The notes beneath the pieces are model-generated. The model was not told the origin of the DNA. It saw only the letters and a list, made by a program, of their open reading frames with translations, and ran no database searches. Positions 23,264-35,852 of a stretch of DNA of 64,000 bases are shown here, piece by piece; position 1 is the first letter of the stretch; each line of letters begins with the position of its first letter. Source of the stretch: Catajapyx aquilonaris (taxonomy: Eukaryota). The stretch covers positions 62,001 through 126,000 of the forward strand of contig KZ538067.1 in assembly GCA_000934665.2 (NCBI GenBank), written 5' to 3'. Position numbers and translations under genes: made by a program.

Positions 23264-24286
23264 TATGTCATATGCATTAGGTGTAGCAACTTTCTGTTAC
23301 CAGATAGTAGCAGAGCCATGAAATAGTCCAGATATTTTAATGAAAGTTGTGTCAGTTACGAGTGTTTGTTGCGTCAGTTACGTTAATTCTTTTCTATGAA
23401 GACATGATCATCAACAGTCTTGGTCTAAATTAATCACAAAATTGCTGCTAGAGTATAGATTAGATATCAGTTGTAACAATACTTTTAAACACATTCAGCT
23501 CACAGGGTTTCACATCACTACAGCTGTCCCCAAAGAGCTTGACTTTTTCTTGTTTCATCAGTTACATTATATTAATATTTTATGGCATTCATTCAAGTTA
23601 CGCAAAATTTTAAAAATATGACAATGAGCTACCAGGAGGCAGCTACGTGAGAATAATTTTAAATTCCCTTTCCATTATCATTTGCAGTGGCGGCCAAACC
23701 TATGTCAAGGTGCAGCGGTCGCTGCACCTCCCGAGGGGGTGGGGTCCCTGGCGGGGCGGGTGAGAAGGAGAGAGAAGAAGAAGAAGAGATAGAAGAAGAG
23801 AGAAGAGAGGAAAAGAGAGAAGAAGACTATTAATAGTGGAGAGTAGACTTCGTACTGTCAGTAGGCACCTGTGGCCGCTTGCCTATATCACCTTGTGAAT
23901 TCAGGAATAGAGGCCGGCCTCTATATTGTTCAGTGGGGAAGTTATGGAAAATATTTCTTCTGAAAGTGTTTGGTAGCACCAAGACTCTCACGGGCAAAGG
24001 TTCGACTGGCTGCAGAGGAAATGCTGTCCAGATATTCAGATGTTCGGAGTCTGGTGGCTCACAGAATGACCGCCTGACACTGTCCGTAATTTATTATGCA
24101 CCACGCTAGCGTTGGGGGTGCATAGGTCGCCTGGTTTTGGGGAAAAAGAGAAAAGAAACTGGGACGAAAAAATCAGTCCTCATCTTGGGCCCTATATTCT
24201 GCCAAGTTACTCTTTAGTCGTGCTGGTTACTCGTCAGTGTATCCACGCCGATTCCTGCATCACAGCAGTAATTTGTGCATCAGGTC

Positions 24287-24620
24287 CAGGGGCGGATCCA
24301 AGGTGGGTGTCACGGGGGTCATGACCCCCCCCCCCCCCCCNNNNNNNNNNNNNNNNNNNNNNNNNNNNNNNNNNNNNNNNNNNNNNNNNNNNNNNNNNNN
24401 NNNNNNNNNNNNNNNNNNNNNNNNNNNNNNNNNNNNNNNNNNNNNNNNNNNNNNNNNNNNNNNNNNNNNNNNNNNNNNNNNNNNNNNNNNNNNNNNNNNN
24501 NNNNNNNNNNNNNNNNNNNNNNNNNNNNNNNNNNNNNNNNNNNNNNNNNNNNNNNNNNNNNNNNNNNNNGGCATGACCCCCCCCCCCCTCCCCCAAATCG
24601 AAAGTCTGGATCCGCCCCTG
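24287..24620. mobile_element. hAT MITE nested in 23685-25271, spanning an assembly gap
   Basis: CAGGGGCGGATCCA...TGGATCCGCCCCTG, 8-bp TSD ATCAGGTC. Confidence 0.85.
24341..24569. other. Assembly gap (N run) between poly-C tracts
   Basis: Run of n characters. Confidence 1.
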
Positions 24621-25711
24621 ATCAGGTCACGCAAACATGAAGAAGCAAGTGAGTCTTTGTGAAAGTGAGTAGTAACTTGGCGTCTGTTACGGATTTTTAA
24701 ATATGCATATCTTGGATTTTAGGATTCCACTGTACTTTGTCAGTTACATTCACTGAAGCTCGTGTAACCTTGAACCCAAAAATTTTTCGCCTGCGGCGGG
24801 CTTGTTCACGGCCCACACTGAAGTTCACGCAGGCTCATGTGGCTTTCTATCAAGTCCAGTTTGAGACCCCTGCTCTAGAATGAAATATCGACATAGTCTA
24901 CAGCTTGGAAATACCGATAGGTAAAAACAGCCGAAAAATGCACATTACGTGCCTTTGGCATATCGATGATGTTGGTGCTCCGTCACGAATTTATCCTGAA
25001 AAGTGCTCCGCGACTCAAAAAGTTTGGGAACCTCTGCACTAGAGGGGGGTGTGTGTGGGGGGGGGGNCCCCCCCCCCCCCGGATTCTTTTTCTGTATACG
25101 CACCTGGAAATTAATTTTATGTTCATTAATCCCCCCCACACCCCTCCAAGAATTTTCAACACCACCCAACATCAAAATCCTGGATAAACGCCTGGGGGGG
25201 GGGTCCATAGGGGGTGGGGTCCTTTTCTGCGGCGCTTGCTGCACCTCTGAAATCCACTTTGTCCGCCACTGATCATTTGCCATTGCAACAAATATAAGTA
25301 CAGCATGAATCCCTTTCCAAATGTTGCGTCAGTTAAGGTGGAATTACCCGTTGAGTTAATTCTTGGGTGAGAAATTTTCAGACAGTTTGGAGGAAGCCAT
25401 ACACAGAAATATGTAGGTCAAAGTCAACGCTATTTTTTTGCAGCATTTTATCATGTTGGAGCAAAATGCTTACATCAATATTTGTAGGTCTAATTTTTTG
25501 CACTCTTTGCAGCTGGAAAATTGTAAAAAGAGATACCCAAACTGCACGTTTTTGTGGGAGAAAACCCTGGAATTACAAATGATTGCTGGCACAGCAAGTA
25601 TGCCACCTGTTACCCTGGTCAACTATCCAGAACATCTCTCTTTGTATCCAGAGTTGAAGGGTGGAATCCAGTAGTGCAGAACCCTACATAACATTTATTA
25701 TGTAACAAGTA

Positions 25712-26056
25712 CAGGTAGTCCCCAGCCTACGAACGGGTTAGGTTCCTGAAAATGTCCATAAGTTGGATTTGTACTCGGATCCCGGAGGAATAGCGCACAT
25801 GCTGCATACAGCGTAAAGATGCTGCTCCAACGAACCACTTGTGTCATGTGTGATTTGTTTACATGCCCAGAAGAATGTAGTTTCCCAATTATTTATTAAT
25901 TATACAGTATTAATGTTAAACATAGTGTCGGTCAACGTGTGCATAAGTGATTGAAAAAAGGGATAATAATAAATTATCCTTCTGGGGAGCCTTGGGAGCC
26001 CATTCATAAGTACGGATCACTGCAAGAGAGGTTGTTCGTAAACAGGGGACTACCTG
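25712..26056. mobile_element. Tigger/pogo-like MITE
   Basis: TA|CAGGTAGTCCCC...GGGGACTACCTG|TA. Confidence 0.85.
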
Positions 26057-26987
26057 TAGTTCATTTCTATGCCCGGCCATTACTAATATTACCATGTACA
26101 ATACTTCCTCACTTTTTAGTGATACCAACACCATGCCTCTCTGTTGGTTTCATGCTGCAGCTATACTTACACTTGGACTTTACAGTACATGGTACTATTA
26201 CACCTCACTACCTAGAATAGGGCTACTCAACTGGTGGACCACAGTCTGGATTGGACTCAGAGAAAATTTATTCCAGGCAGCATTTATGTCCACATAATAA
26301 AGGAAAAATCTACCAATTCATGAGTACATATGCATTATTTAAAAACAAATGCACAACTAACCTGATGCAAACCCACATGGAAGAATCTCTCCAAATTGCC
26401 ACAACTTCACATGCACTAAATTATTGCTATTGCTTGAGACAAGAAATGCAGTTTTTCCCACTACATTTCAAGACAACATAGCATCCTAAGTAATTTTTAC
26501 AAAAACTTTTGTAAATCTGTAAGGTGGAGAGGGGGAGGCTTCCTTCCCAGAGGCTCTGGATCTTCATTGAGAGGGAACGCGTCCATACTGGACCTAGTAC
26601 CAAAAGTTGAGTAACCCTGACCTAGGGCAATTGGTTACCTTTTTCTGCATGACAATTTTGCATTAATATCCCTTGTGCTAGCAAATGAGTCTTGTTTCTG
26701 TAAGGGTGACGCAGGGCCTTCGCAGGGTCGTTGTATCTCTGACACTGTTTCTGTAAGACAGTCAGCCATATCAGAAATGGCAGGTCTGATTCTGATCCAC
26801 TGTAAAATAATAATAATGTGACAGTGATACTGCTGTCATCAGTTCCCATTAGCAATGAGAAATCAAACATCACTTGATTCTTTTTAATCAGTTACATTTA
26901 TTGCTTCTTGCCTACCTGTCCATGGTAATTTGCGCCAAGTACAACCTTGAACAACTGACTATAGATGGAAAGGAAACATGCCTTGTC

Positions 26988-27197
26988 CTACTTCTTAAGT
27001 AGTTGGTGGCGCAGGACAAGAAAGGGTATAGACAATCCGCTTCCAAAGAAGACGACAAAGAGGGCTGCCAGACGGTATCTATTCTGAATCTGGAAGGGCA
27101 GGTTGCCTCCAGGGATCCCACCATCATGTCCACTCCTGCGATAGGCTGAGGTGAAGAGGTTGCGAGTAACTAAAGCTGCCCGGCCAACCATCGACAT
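26988..27197 (-). CDS. COX7C: Cytochrome c oxidase subunit 7C, mitochondrial
   Basis: 69 aa: Arg-rich presequence, GGIPGGNLPF, a single TM helix and C-terminal RHQLLKK, all characteristic of COX7C; acceptor at 27217, AATAAA on - near 26897-26902. Confidence 0.95.
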   Translation of the reverse strand: MSMVGRAALVTRNLFTSAYRRSGHDGGIPGGNLPFQIQNRYRLAALFVVFFGSGLSIPFLVLRHQLLKK

Positions 27198-27359
27198 GGT
27201 GATTCTGTGCAGGGACCTACACCAAAGAGTGACGCATTACCAACAGAATCATATGACATCCCTAGGGGGCCATGCTTATTTCTTTTATTTGTTGAAGCTG
27301 TTTTATATACTTTGCACATACTGTATTTGGCACCTTACATTTTTCCACTGTTAGTAGAT

Positions 27360-27930
27360 ATTTTATTATATCATTGGAAAGGGCTAATTAAGCTGATTAC
27401 AAGCCATACAAGAACTGCTAGATCGCAGTAATTTTTGAGAAAATCACTTTCCAAGATCCAAAATTCTTAGTTAACCTATTGCATGCAAGGACCTAACGTG
27501 GTTTTTGAAGCTGCAGAGAGTAACGAAATATATCTGCTGCAATCAACTACCAACAGCTCAATTAAATCTTGAGGAGTGAAACAAAGAATTGTTAACAGAA
27601 AAGAACACTGGATTTTACTTAAAACATTACATTATTCAACATAAGTTGTGCAATTGTTTCACGTCATCAGACAAGTCTATTTTTTACTCACAGATGAGAC
27701 ATGAACAAATTATGGAACCTGATTTGTGACACTCCATATAATATTTGCTAAGTTTTCTAACAGTATGAGCTACATTTGAGGGCAATGAGCACATAATTAG
27801 GGAGAAAATCAGTTTTTTCTCCAAAAAACTGTAGAAGCGATTTTCTCGAAAACGGCTGTGATCTAGCAGAATTTCTTGTACGTCTTGTTGTAATCAGCAT
27901 AATTAGCCCCTTCCAATGAGGCAATAAAAT
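27360..27930. mobile_element. Degenerate fold-back DNA transposon relic in COX7C intron
   Basis: CATTGGAAAGGGCTAATTA.GCTGATTACAA... inverted against ...TTGTAATCAGCATAATTAGCCCCTTCCAATG. Confidence 0.6.
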
Positions 27931-27994
27931 GTTTGCTTTTTGAGTGCGATCTCTGAAACTTTACTCATGAGGCAAACCTCATACATTGTATAAA

Positions 27995-28662
27995 TAAGGT
28001 GGCCAGATGTCCCGAATTTTCACCTTTGTCCTGGAGTTGGCCAAATTGTCATAATTAGGGTAGGATTAGTACAGCACAGAGTCTAATACTCAGTACAGCA
28101 GTATGACTGTAAGAGTAAATATGATTACACGCTGAAGTTAGACAGCTATTTGGATTATGTATCTGGGGAAGATCCAAACCAGCATTAACATCTCATTATG
28201 GTGGCACAAAAAATAAGTACAGTAGAATCCTGAGTATCCATCACCCACAGGACTAGGACATGGTTGGAACACAAAAAAGGTCAAATAATCCAAGGAGAAC
28301 AGAAAACTTTGATGAAACACAACAAAAAACATTAAAAAATGAAATAATGTGCAATAATATGGTTTTATAAGAAATAGTCGTAGCATTTATCTTTTACATT
28401 CATATTTTTCTGTACTGTATTTACAATTTAACTAAGGCAATACAAAACAAATGCATAGCACATGACCTATTTTACCAGAAAAGTTTGGAGCGGGATGGTT
28501 GGATATTCCGGGGTGTTGGGTAATCGGGGTTCTACTGTACTGTTATGTTCATGTCTAAATAAAAGAAAGAGTGCACTTGCAATGATCTTTTACCATCACC
28601 TCCTGCTCGCTCAATATTTTTGAGGTGTACAGAATTTGGGGCTGGGAAATCTGGTCACCTTA
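27995..28662. mobile_element. hAT-like MITE containing a Tigger MITE
   Basis: TAAGGTGGCCAGAT...ATCTGGTCACCTTA; partial 8-bp TSD ..TATAAA. Confidence 0.6.
28220..28537. mobile_element. Tigger-like MITE
   Basis: TA|CAGTAGAATCC...GGTTCTACTG|TA. Confidence 0.8.
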
Positions 28663-28878
28663 AATATAAATTTTGAGTGACTAATGGTCACTCACTGTTT
28701 CTCCACAGCCATGAGATTTTTGGCAGGTGAAATACTGGAAAGTGACCACTACACTAAGGAAACGGCTTGGTGGCAAGAGTTGTCAATAAAGGCTTACGAA
28801 CACTTGCAAAACATCATCCCCTAGTACAAAAAATGCTTCAATTGACATGTTGTTTGTGTTCAGTGGTAGCCAAAGGTA

Positions 28879-29614
28879 CAGGGTGGGGCAAAAGTCATGG
28901 GCGGGTTTAAACAACGCAGCATGGCGTAAGTAACGAACGATTAAATTTTTTTTAAATTACACTACACAGAGAAAGATATGCCATTTATGGATCAAGGTCC
29001 AAAAAAGTCACTTCTTTAAAACAACACCGGATAGATGTCCACCTTTGTGGGCAACACATATTCCTCCAAACACCGGACAAAACCCTTCATAACAACGCGC
29101 TCCAGCATGTCCAGCAGGGAAATGTTTCTCACGCCGTGTCTGATCTGATCCTTAAGATCAGCCAATGACTGAGGACATGTGCCGAACACCAAACTCTTCA
29201 GGTAACCCCACAAGCTGCCCACATGAAGAAGTCGGGGGTGGTCAAATCCGGCGACCGCGACGGCCAAGGAATGTCCCCAAATCTCGAAATGACCCTCCCA
29301 GAAAACACTTGACTTTTAATTTGTTCTCAGTCATTGGCTGATCTTAAGGATCAGAACAGACACGCCATGAAAAACATTCCCCTGGACATGCTGGAGCGCG
29401 TTATGAAGGGTTTCGTCCAGCTTTTGGAGGAATATGTGTTGCCCGCAAAGGTGGACATCTATCTGGTGTTGTTTTCAAGAAGTGACTTTTTTGGACCTTG
29501 ATCCATAAATGGCATATCTTTCTCTGTAGTGTAATTTTTTTTAAATATAATCGTTCGTTACTTACGCCATGCTGCGTTGTTTAAACCCCCCCCCATGACT
29601 TTTGCCCCACCCTG
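28879..29614. mobile_element. Fold-back Tc1/mariner derivative built from two copies of the transposase 3' end
   Basis: TA|CAGGGTGGGGCAAAAG...CTTTTGCCCCACCCTG|TA; ~290-bp arms; - strand reads GRVISRFGDIPWPSRSPDLTTPDFF / LWGYLKSLVF (frameshifted). Confidence 0.9.
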
Positions 29615-30207
29615 TATGTGCCAACATGTGGTAATGTTGACTTTTATATAAAATACTTAAAAGCTTTTTTTTATGTGGTCAAATGGTACTTCTCTAAGCC
29701 CATGCAACTTGGGAGCTGTAAATTATCTAACTCTTCCTATTACATTAGTACTCCAAACAACACAAGAATACATGCAATATGCAATACTATAGGAACTCTC
29801 CCAAGATATTACAGTTGAAGTTTGGCTGTTACCATGATAACATATTGCCATCCTCTTCACAATTGGTTAAGAACTGTAGAGCAGGTGCCCAATGCAAGCT
29901 GTGCTGCCAGTATGCATGGTGACCTACGCCTCCCTTTTGCTGTCCCACTCCCACCCACGACTTTGTATGAAGGTCTGGTGGAGCGCAAAGGGTGGTGTAC
30001 CCTGGCAACTTGCACGGGCACCCGTTTCACTGCCATAAGACATGGAAACCCCCAAACTTCCACTATAAATATTAGATCAGAGAGACCATAAAGGCACTTC
30101 TATTTAAGCCTGCATTAATCATACAAGGTCTGCCTCACAACTAAATCGCTGTGCTCACTATAAAGACGGTGTTATTCTTTCCGTTAAACCCTGTATTCGG
30201 CACTTAC

Positions 30208-30512
30208 CAGTACCGAAGGCCTCAGGTCAATTCAGTACGACTGCGTGACGACTGTACGATAGGCAATAGCAGAGAAAATATTACGAGATCGCGTGCTGTT
30301 ACTCGAAACTTTACATGTGCAAGTTGAAATTATACAATGAATAATTCGCATGCGCCACTCAGCAGCCTCACAGCTATTGGTTCAGACAACCACATGTTCA
30401 CCTCTAATTGGCCATTCTTTGCGGCAGCTATACCGTGGCTAGGTACTGTACCGTGGCTATACTAGATGTGCATATGCTTTAGATAAAGATGTTAATAGTC
30501 TGAAATCGATAT
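30208..30512 (-). promoter_or_regulatory. COX7C: Probable COX7C non-coding first exon and promoter
   Basis: Strong donor CTG|gtaagt at 30208; CpG-rich patch; NRF-1-like TCGCATGCGC (~30346), two CCAAT boxes on - (~30377, ~30407), DRE-like TATCGAT (~30505). Confidence 0.55.
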
Positions 30513-30665
30513 CATAAATTACAGGGCGATGGTAACCCCAGCATAATGCACATGTGAAACATTCGAAAATGTGTAGCTCACCAGAATAATGACATAATGA
30601 CAATTATTGAGCCCACTAACTGGTTTTCTTTTTAAAAAATTTACTACTGTGAATATAATGATAAT

Positions 30666-30797
30666 GGGTGGAATTTTCGTCCCTCATCTGCTATAGTTAC
30701 TGTTAACCAGCTGCTAACTTAGCAGTACCGGTACCAGTATTGGCAATGGTACTGCTAAGTTAGCAGTAACTGTAGCTGTGGGACGAAAATTCCACCC
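30666..30797. mobile_element. Small palindromic MITE (GGGTGGAATTTTCG termini)
   Basis: GGGTGGAATTTTCGTCC...GGACGAAAATTCCACCC; related copy at 40736-40844. Confidence 0.8.
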
Positions 30798-31268
30798 TAT
30801 GTTTGGTCAAAATTTTCAATGTTCCCATTTGGTTCCCATTGAGCCAGGGATATAATTTTTCACCAAAATTATCTAGACCAGCTGTAGTTTCATATTCAGC
30901 ATGGTTTTTGCTGTCCCCATCTAGTCTGACCTACTGTACTGTACATGGAGATTTAGCATGGGAACCATATTGTTACTCGAGAGGAGTTTGACCTGAATAT
31001 TTGCGCAATTGTCACACACTATTGACTAAGTAATCCAACTGTGTCTGATGGACTATTACTAAACACCTCTGTACATGCTATTGTCTGCCAAACTCAGCAA
31101 TAAAGATGTATAAAAAATGAGCTGAAAATATTTGTGTAACTGTGCGATTACTCTGGATTACTCGCTACACAGGTTTCCCTGAACAACATTGCCACACTAT
31201 GGCTACGAGGTAAAAGAAATTGAATACAGGCCTACATCATTTAATTGATGTAGTTGCAAACTAACTTT

Positions 31269-31618
31269 TTTTATTCTCTTATACTCCAATAGGTGGAACT
31301 GGGCCCTTTCAGGGGGTGGGGGTGGAACACCACCATATTTTCCATTTTTCAAGTGATTTTCTCTTCATACTCTGTGCAAGATAGATAGGACATAGAGTAA
31401 GGATGGGGATTTTTAGGGGAGGAGACACCGGTGCTGGTGCAATGTCGGAATACTGGGTCATGTGCAGTCTCCCTGGAGGTTAGGTAGCCAGACGCCTCTA
31501 AGGCAAGGGTCAGAGACTCTCCTGACGCAGGCGAAAAGAAACTCCCAGGCAGGGATCGAACCAAGGACCTTCCGCTCAGCAAGCTGAGTTTTTACCAACT
31601 CGACCATCACGCCTCCCC
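31269..31618 (-). mobile_element. tRNA-derived SINE, family A (diverged)
   Basis: Reverse complement of the family A head and body; imperfect TSD AG.TGCAA.CTAACTTT. Confidence 0.88.
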
Positions 31619-32545
31619 AGATGCAAGCTAACTTTCATCCAGGCTTTTATCATACATTGTCTACTCAACCAACACAAAAAACAAGTGTTAAACCAATCAC
31701 AGCCCTCAACAATATATACTACCAGGTAACGTTTCAAACAGCTTTATTTCATTCCAGATACCATACACAATCTTTTATGGTAAAAATCACAGTGTGTTCC
31801 ATATCTGGATCCTTTCAGTAATCACAAATTTTACTCAGGGTTGTTACTTTTGTGTAGTTTTTGTGCTCTGATCAAGTGCCCAATTATATAGCAGCTGTCA
31901 TATTCAATGGCAACTAGCAATATTGGGGACCTTGAAGGGGGTGCAAAAACCTCCACAAAAATAACTTCAGGCAAAATTTGTGATAAAAGGACCAGATGCT
32001 TGGAACACACTGTACACGATACCCTCCCATTTAATAACACAAGTCAACCATGTTAATATTCCCAACGACTTTAAACTATTACTTTCAAATCATCAATTCA
32101 GGTGCATATATGTGCCCTTTACATTGCGTACATGTACTGCATATTTATGAATTCAAAATACCAAAGTACCATAGAATTAAGAGTGAACATTGAATAAAAA
32201 CCAAAACCCCTTGGTAACGTTATGGAATGGTACTCATTCATAACATTTGTTGCAAACCCTTCATTTCCAAAATTGACTCACATGTGTTTTGGTGAATACT
32301 TTGTGAATACTTGCCCATATCAACTCACCTTCAAGTTTGGCATGAAATCATGCGTACCTTTGGAAAGACCATTCAGTGCCACACTTGAAGGTGAGGCAAC
32401 AGGAACAAGTAGAAATGAGGATCCACAAGATTTCTACTGGTCCACATGTGGCATACATTTTAAAATATTGTGTAAATGTAAAAGAAAACATAGGCACTAC
32501 AAAAAAAAATACTGACAGATATATAAAAACCATGGGCAAGCCATT

Positions 32546-33201
32546 TTACTGGCGATGTGTGGGATTCAGGGAATCCAGGACTTGTCCGATGTCACCCTCC
32601 TTGACTTGCAGCAGCCGGGTCAGCCAGCCACCCTCATCAGTAAAACCCATGGCCAGCATCTGATCCAAAGCCTGGTGCACCACAGGGCTGAGGTTTGGTG
32701 ATGGGTCACTGGCGCCTATCTCCACCTGGGGTTGTTGGCGAGTCTGCGGTGGCGTTTCAGGTGACGTTCCACAGTCTATCTCTACCTGGGTTTGTTGGCG
32801 AGTCTGAGGTGGCGTTTGAGGTGGCGTTCCACATTCCATCTCCACCTGTTGTTGCATCTGCCGAGTCTGAGGTGGAGTCTTGGGTCTGGCACCCCCCCTT
32901 CCATGGACGTTGTCAACGCCACTGTTACCTCCTGTTGACATTCGCTGCAGTTCCTGCAGAAGGCCGGAGAAGATGCTGCTGGCCGACGGTGCAGGTTGGG
33001 GCACATGAAAAACATGTGGAGCCGAGGATGGAGGGGCAGTAGGGCCAGGATTTGGAACCTGAGGCAAGACTGGGGCAGCAGGGGCAGCAGGGGCAGCAGC
33101 AGTGGAGGTCATCACAGGGGTAGCATTAGGAGCAGTAGTTGTGGAGTTGGGTGTTGAACCACCATGATGACGATTTCCAGAAGCATTATTGGAGGAGTCA
33201 T
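32546..33201 (-). CDS. SQSTM1: Sequestosome-1/p62, last exon (low-complexity linker and UBA)
   Basis: Acceptor ctttcag|AT in phase 1; C-terminal [33 protein letters not shown] is the p62-type UBA; AATAAA on - near 31743. Confidence 0.93.
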
Positions 33202-33286
33202 CTGAAAGATCAGCAAAATAGCATTTGCAGATTAGCAGCTTCTATCCAAGAATGTATAAATTCTATACACATCGTATGATTATGTA

Positions 33287-33570
33287 CATGTAGCCCCCAT
33301 TTCACAATGGGGTTAGGTTCCCTCAAAACAAGGTCGTAAAATGAAAAGTGTTGAAACAAGACCTATATTATATTGCACCAGGAAAAACAAAGGAAGCACC
33401 TATTGTGTGTTTGGACTCACAGGCATTGCAGTGATGTGTTACTCGTTAAACTTGTTATTATTTGCAATTTTTATTTATGAATTTCCAAACTTTTCACCTT
33501 CAGGTAATTTGGAAAAGGCCGTTAACTTGAAACATTGTGAAATGGACTGTTTTAAAATGGGGGCTACCTA
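33287..33570. mobile_element. Tigger-like MITE (degenerate)
   Basis: TA|CATGTAGCCCCCATTT...AAATGGGGGCTACCTA|TA; internal GGGTTAGGTTCC as in the 25712 copy. Confidence 0.6.
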
Positions 33571-35852
33571 TAGATTCTTAACCACATTGGGTGGAATGAA
33601 AATTCCACCCATTGTCTTTAAATTACTTTTAAAAGATTATTACAATGGGCATACTACAACTCCAGGATATCATACAGTTTATAACTGGTAGTAGTGTGGT
33701 TTGGGCAAATATTGTTTTCCAACCAAAGTGTCCATTTTGGTTTCTCATTTTGTTGCATGGACATTTTTTTTGAGCAGTTACTTTCCAAGTTACTTTAAGG
33801 GGCTACCAAAAACATTTGCTTCTAACATGAGGTTGAGTAAAAGCTTTCTTTCAGACCATTAATTCCATTTAATTTTTGACCTTAAGGCTCCACTGTGTAT
33901 GTTTCTTTCCAAATTTTGGTCAGTGAAGTAGAGTAAGGTGTCCAGACATGCCTTTCTTCAACAAATCCTGGATATGTTATTAGCCATCAGCTCAAGAAGT
34001 CTTTCTAATGGCATGGAGGAAGGTCCAGGGCTGTTTACTGATTAATGTAGAACTGGAGACTGTCCTAATAATGGATGTCACAGGGATATCGCCCGAGTCC
34101 TCCATTTATATGAGGATTCTGTACAATTTCAGATCCATTGTCATTTCTGACATTTTCAAGTCCTTTGGATATTTTTGAGTGTCCCTGCATAGAAAGAGCA
34201 AGAGCCCTGCCAACGTCACGTCCATTACAAGGACAGGTCTTGTTGTACTTCAGTAAAGTTACGGGTCTTTCACATCAGTTCATAACCACAAGTAGCCCTG
34301 GACCTTGCTCCATGCAATGCAAATGACTGCATGATTGGATGACTAAGTGCATGTCTGCCCAACTGAATATTGCTCGACACTGCCTAAAAAGTGGTGGGAA
34401 AAGGTATATGCCCCTCATACTCTCCGATTCGCATAAGCCTGAACCTTTTTGGATATCCATAAGCCCGAAAGTAGTGCCCACCATGCCGGACCATACCGCT
34501 CCTCATATGAAAATGCGCAGACTGTGTAGCGCTGCAGCTGCCGCATGGGCTGCCCATGATAATTAGCCATTCGAATTACATGTACCAGCACTGTTTCTTC
34601 GAGGAAGCCAGCGATACCGGGGACTAATTTTGCTGCGGCTCACCCCCTCGGAGTTTGTATACCCGAAAAGGTTCGGACTTGTGCGAATCAGAGAGTAACA
34701 TGTTGCAAGTGACATGGTAGCAACTGGGGTCAACGGTTAAACCAATTTTTTCAGGCTAATCCTCCAACTGCTGCAAAAAGACTCATTTATTATGTATAAT
34801 GTTAAAAGCAAATACTTTGGATAACGCTCTAACAGTTTGTTTAAGTGAGAATGAGACTAGGGTTATCCGGCTCTTAGAAGATACACAGTTAGAACGGATG
34901 AAGGCAGAAACGAAGAGAAAAAAGAAGACAGGGCTAGTATTCTTCTTTGTCTATCTCCTACTTCCAAAAAAGACCATTCTAGCTCAGATGATCCTGCCAA
35001 TATAATTCCTATGAATAACTACTCAATAATATGCAAGCTAGTGCTAGAAAACGGCTACCTGAAACTGACAGCTTCCCTGGAAGTTTATACTCAAGTTTGA
35101 GCCACCCTCAGCACCTCATGCACAAAGACAATTCTGCCGTACTTTCGAAAAACTACTCAACTACACATAGCACTAAGGTCGAGTTTATAGGCAACTCTCC
35201 TAGAAAGTTGACCTTAGCACTATGTGCAGATGCGTCGCTTTTTGAAAGTATGGCGGAATTGAAATACTTGAACCAACCCTGTTCAATGCATAATATTGAG
35301 AGAATCTCCCCTTGAAAGGCATTACAAGCCAAGTTAGACCAGGAATTTTTTTGGAACAAAAATAACACTCAGCCTACTAATTAATAATGTTCCTCATATT
35401 ACTAATGCAACCGGGAAATAGTAGTGATGTCACAATGGGCACCAGCAACTGTCAACAATGAAACTAACAATTGAAGGCTTGTGATATCATTATGATTCTC
35501 TGGTTGAATCAATGACATTAAGAAGCAGCTTGTCGCCATTTAAATGATTAAAGGCCACCAACCTCACAAGAAAATATTGCATTTTCTTATACAACCATTT
35601 ACTGCCTGCATGGGGCACATAAAATTTTTCCAAAGATTGATGAAATACAAATGACTTCCAAACCCCACCAATGGCATAATTTGAATTAAACTTGATGAGG
35701 GATAAAGATAGCTCTACTCAAATGAATATTTCCATATTGGCACAACTATCCCACCCCACCTATGAGTCAAGTTCCCAGTAAGTTTACCCTGGTCTAATCC
35801 ACTACATTAGTGGGATTCTCACCAGTTAAGTTGACAACTGGAATCTTGTTAC

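Larger units (their letters stand above)
23685..25271. mobile_element. Non-autonomous hAT element
   Basis: CAGTGGCGG...CCGCCACTG with perfect 8-bp TSD ATCATTTG. Confidence 0.85.
22106..25349 (-). mobile_element. Old ~0.6-kb DNA transposon (GGGTAATTCCAC termini) inflated by nested insertions
   Basis: Its fragments are the reverse complement of segments of 50749-51766; ends GGGATAATTCCA...GTGGAATTACCC. Confidence 0.65.

Noticed and set aside
24234..24662. ORFs containing X runs
   Set aside because: Artefacts of the N gap.
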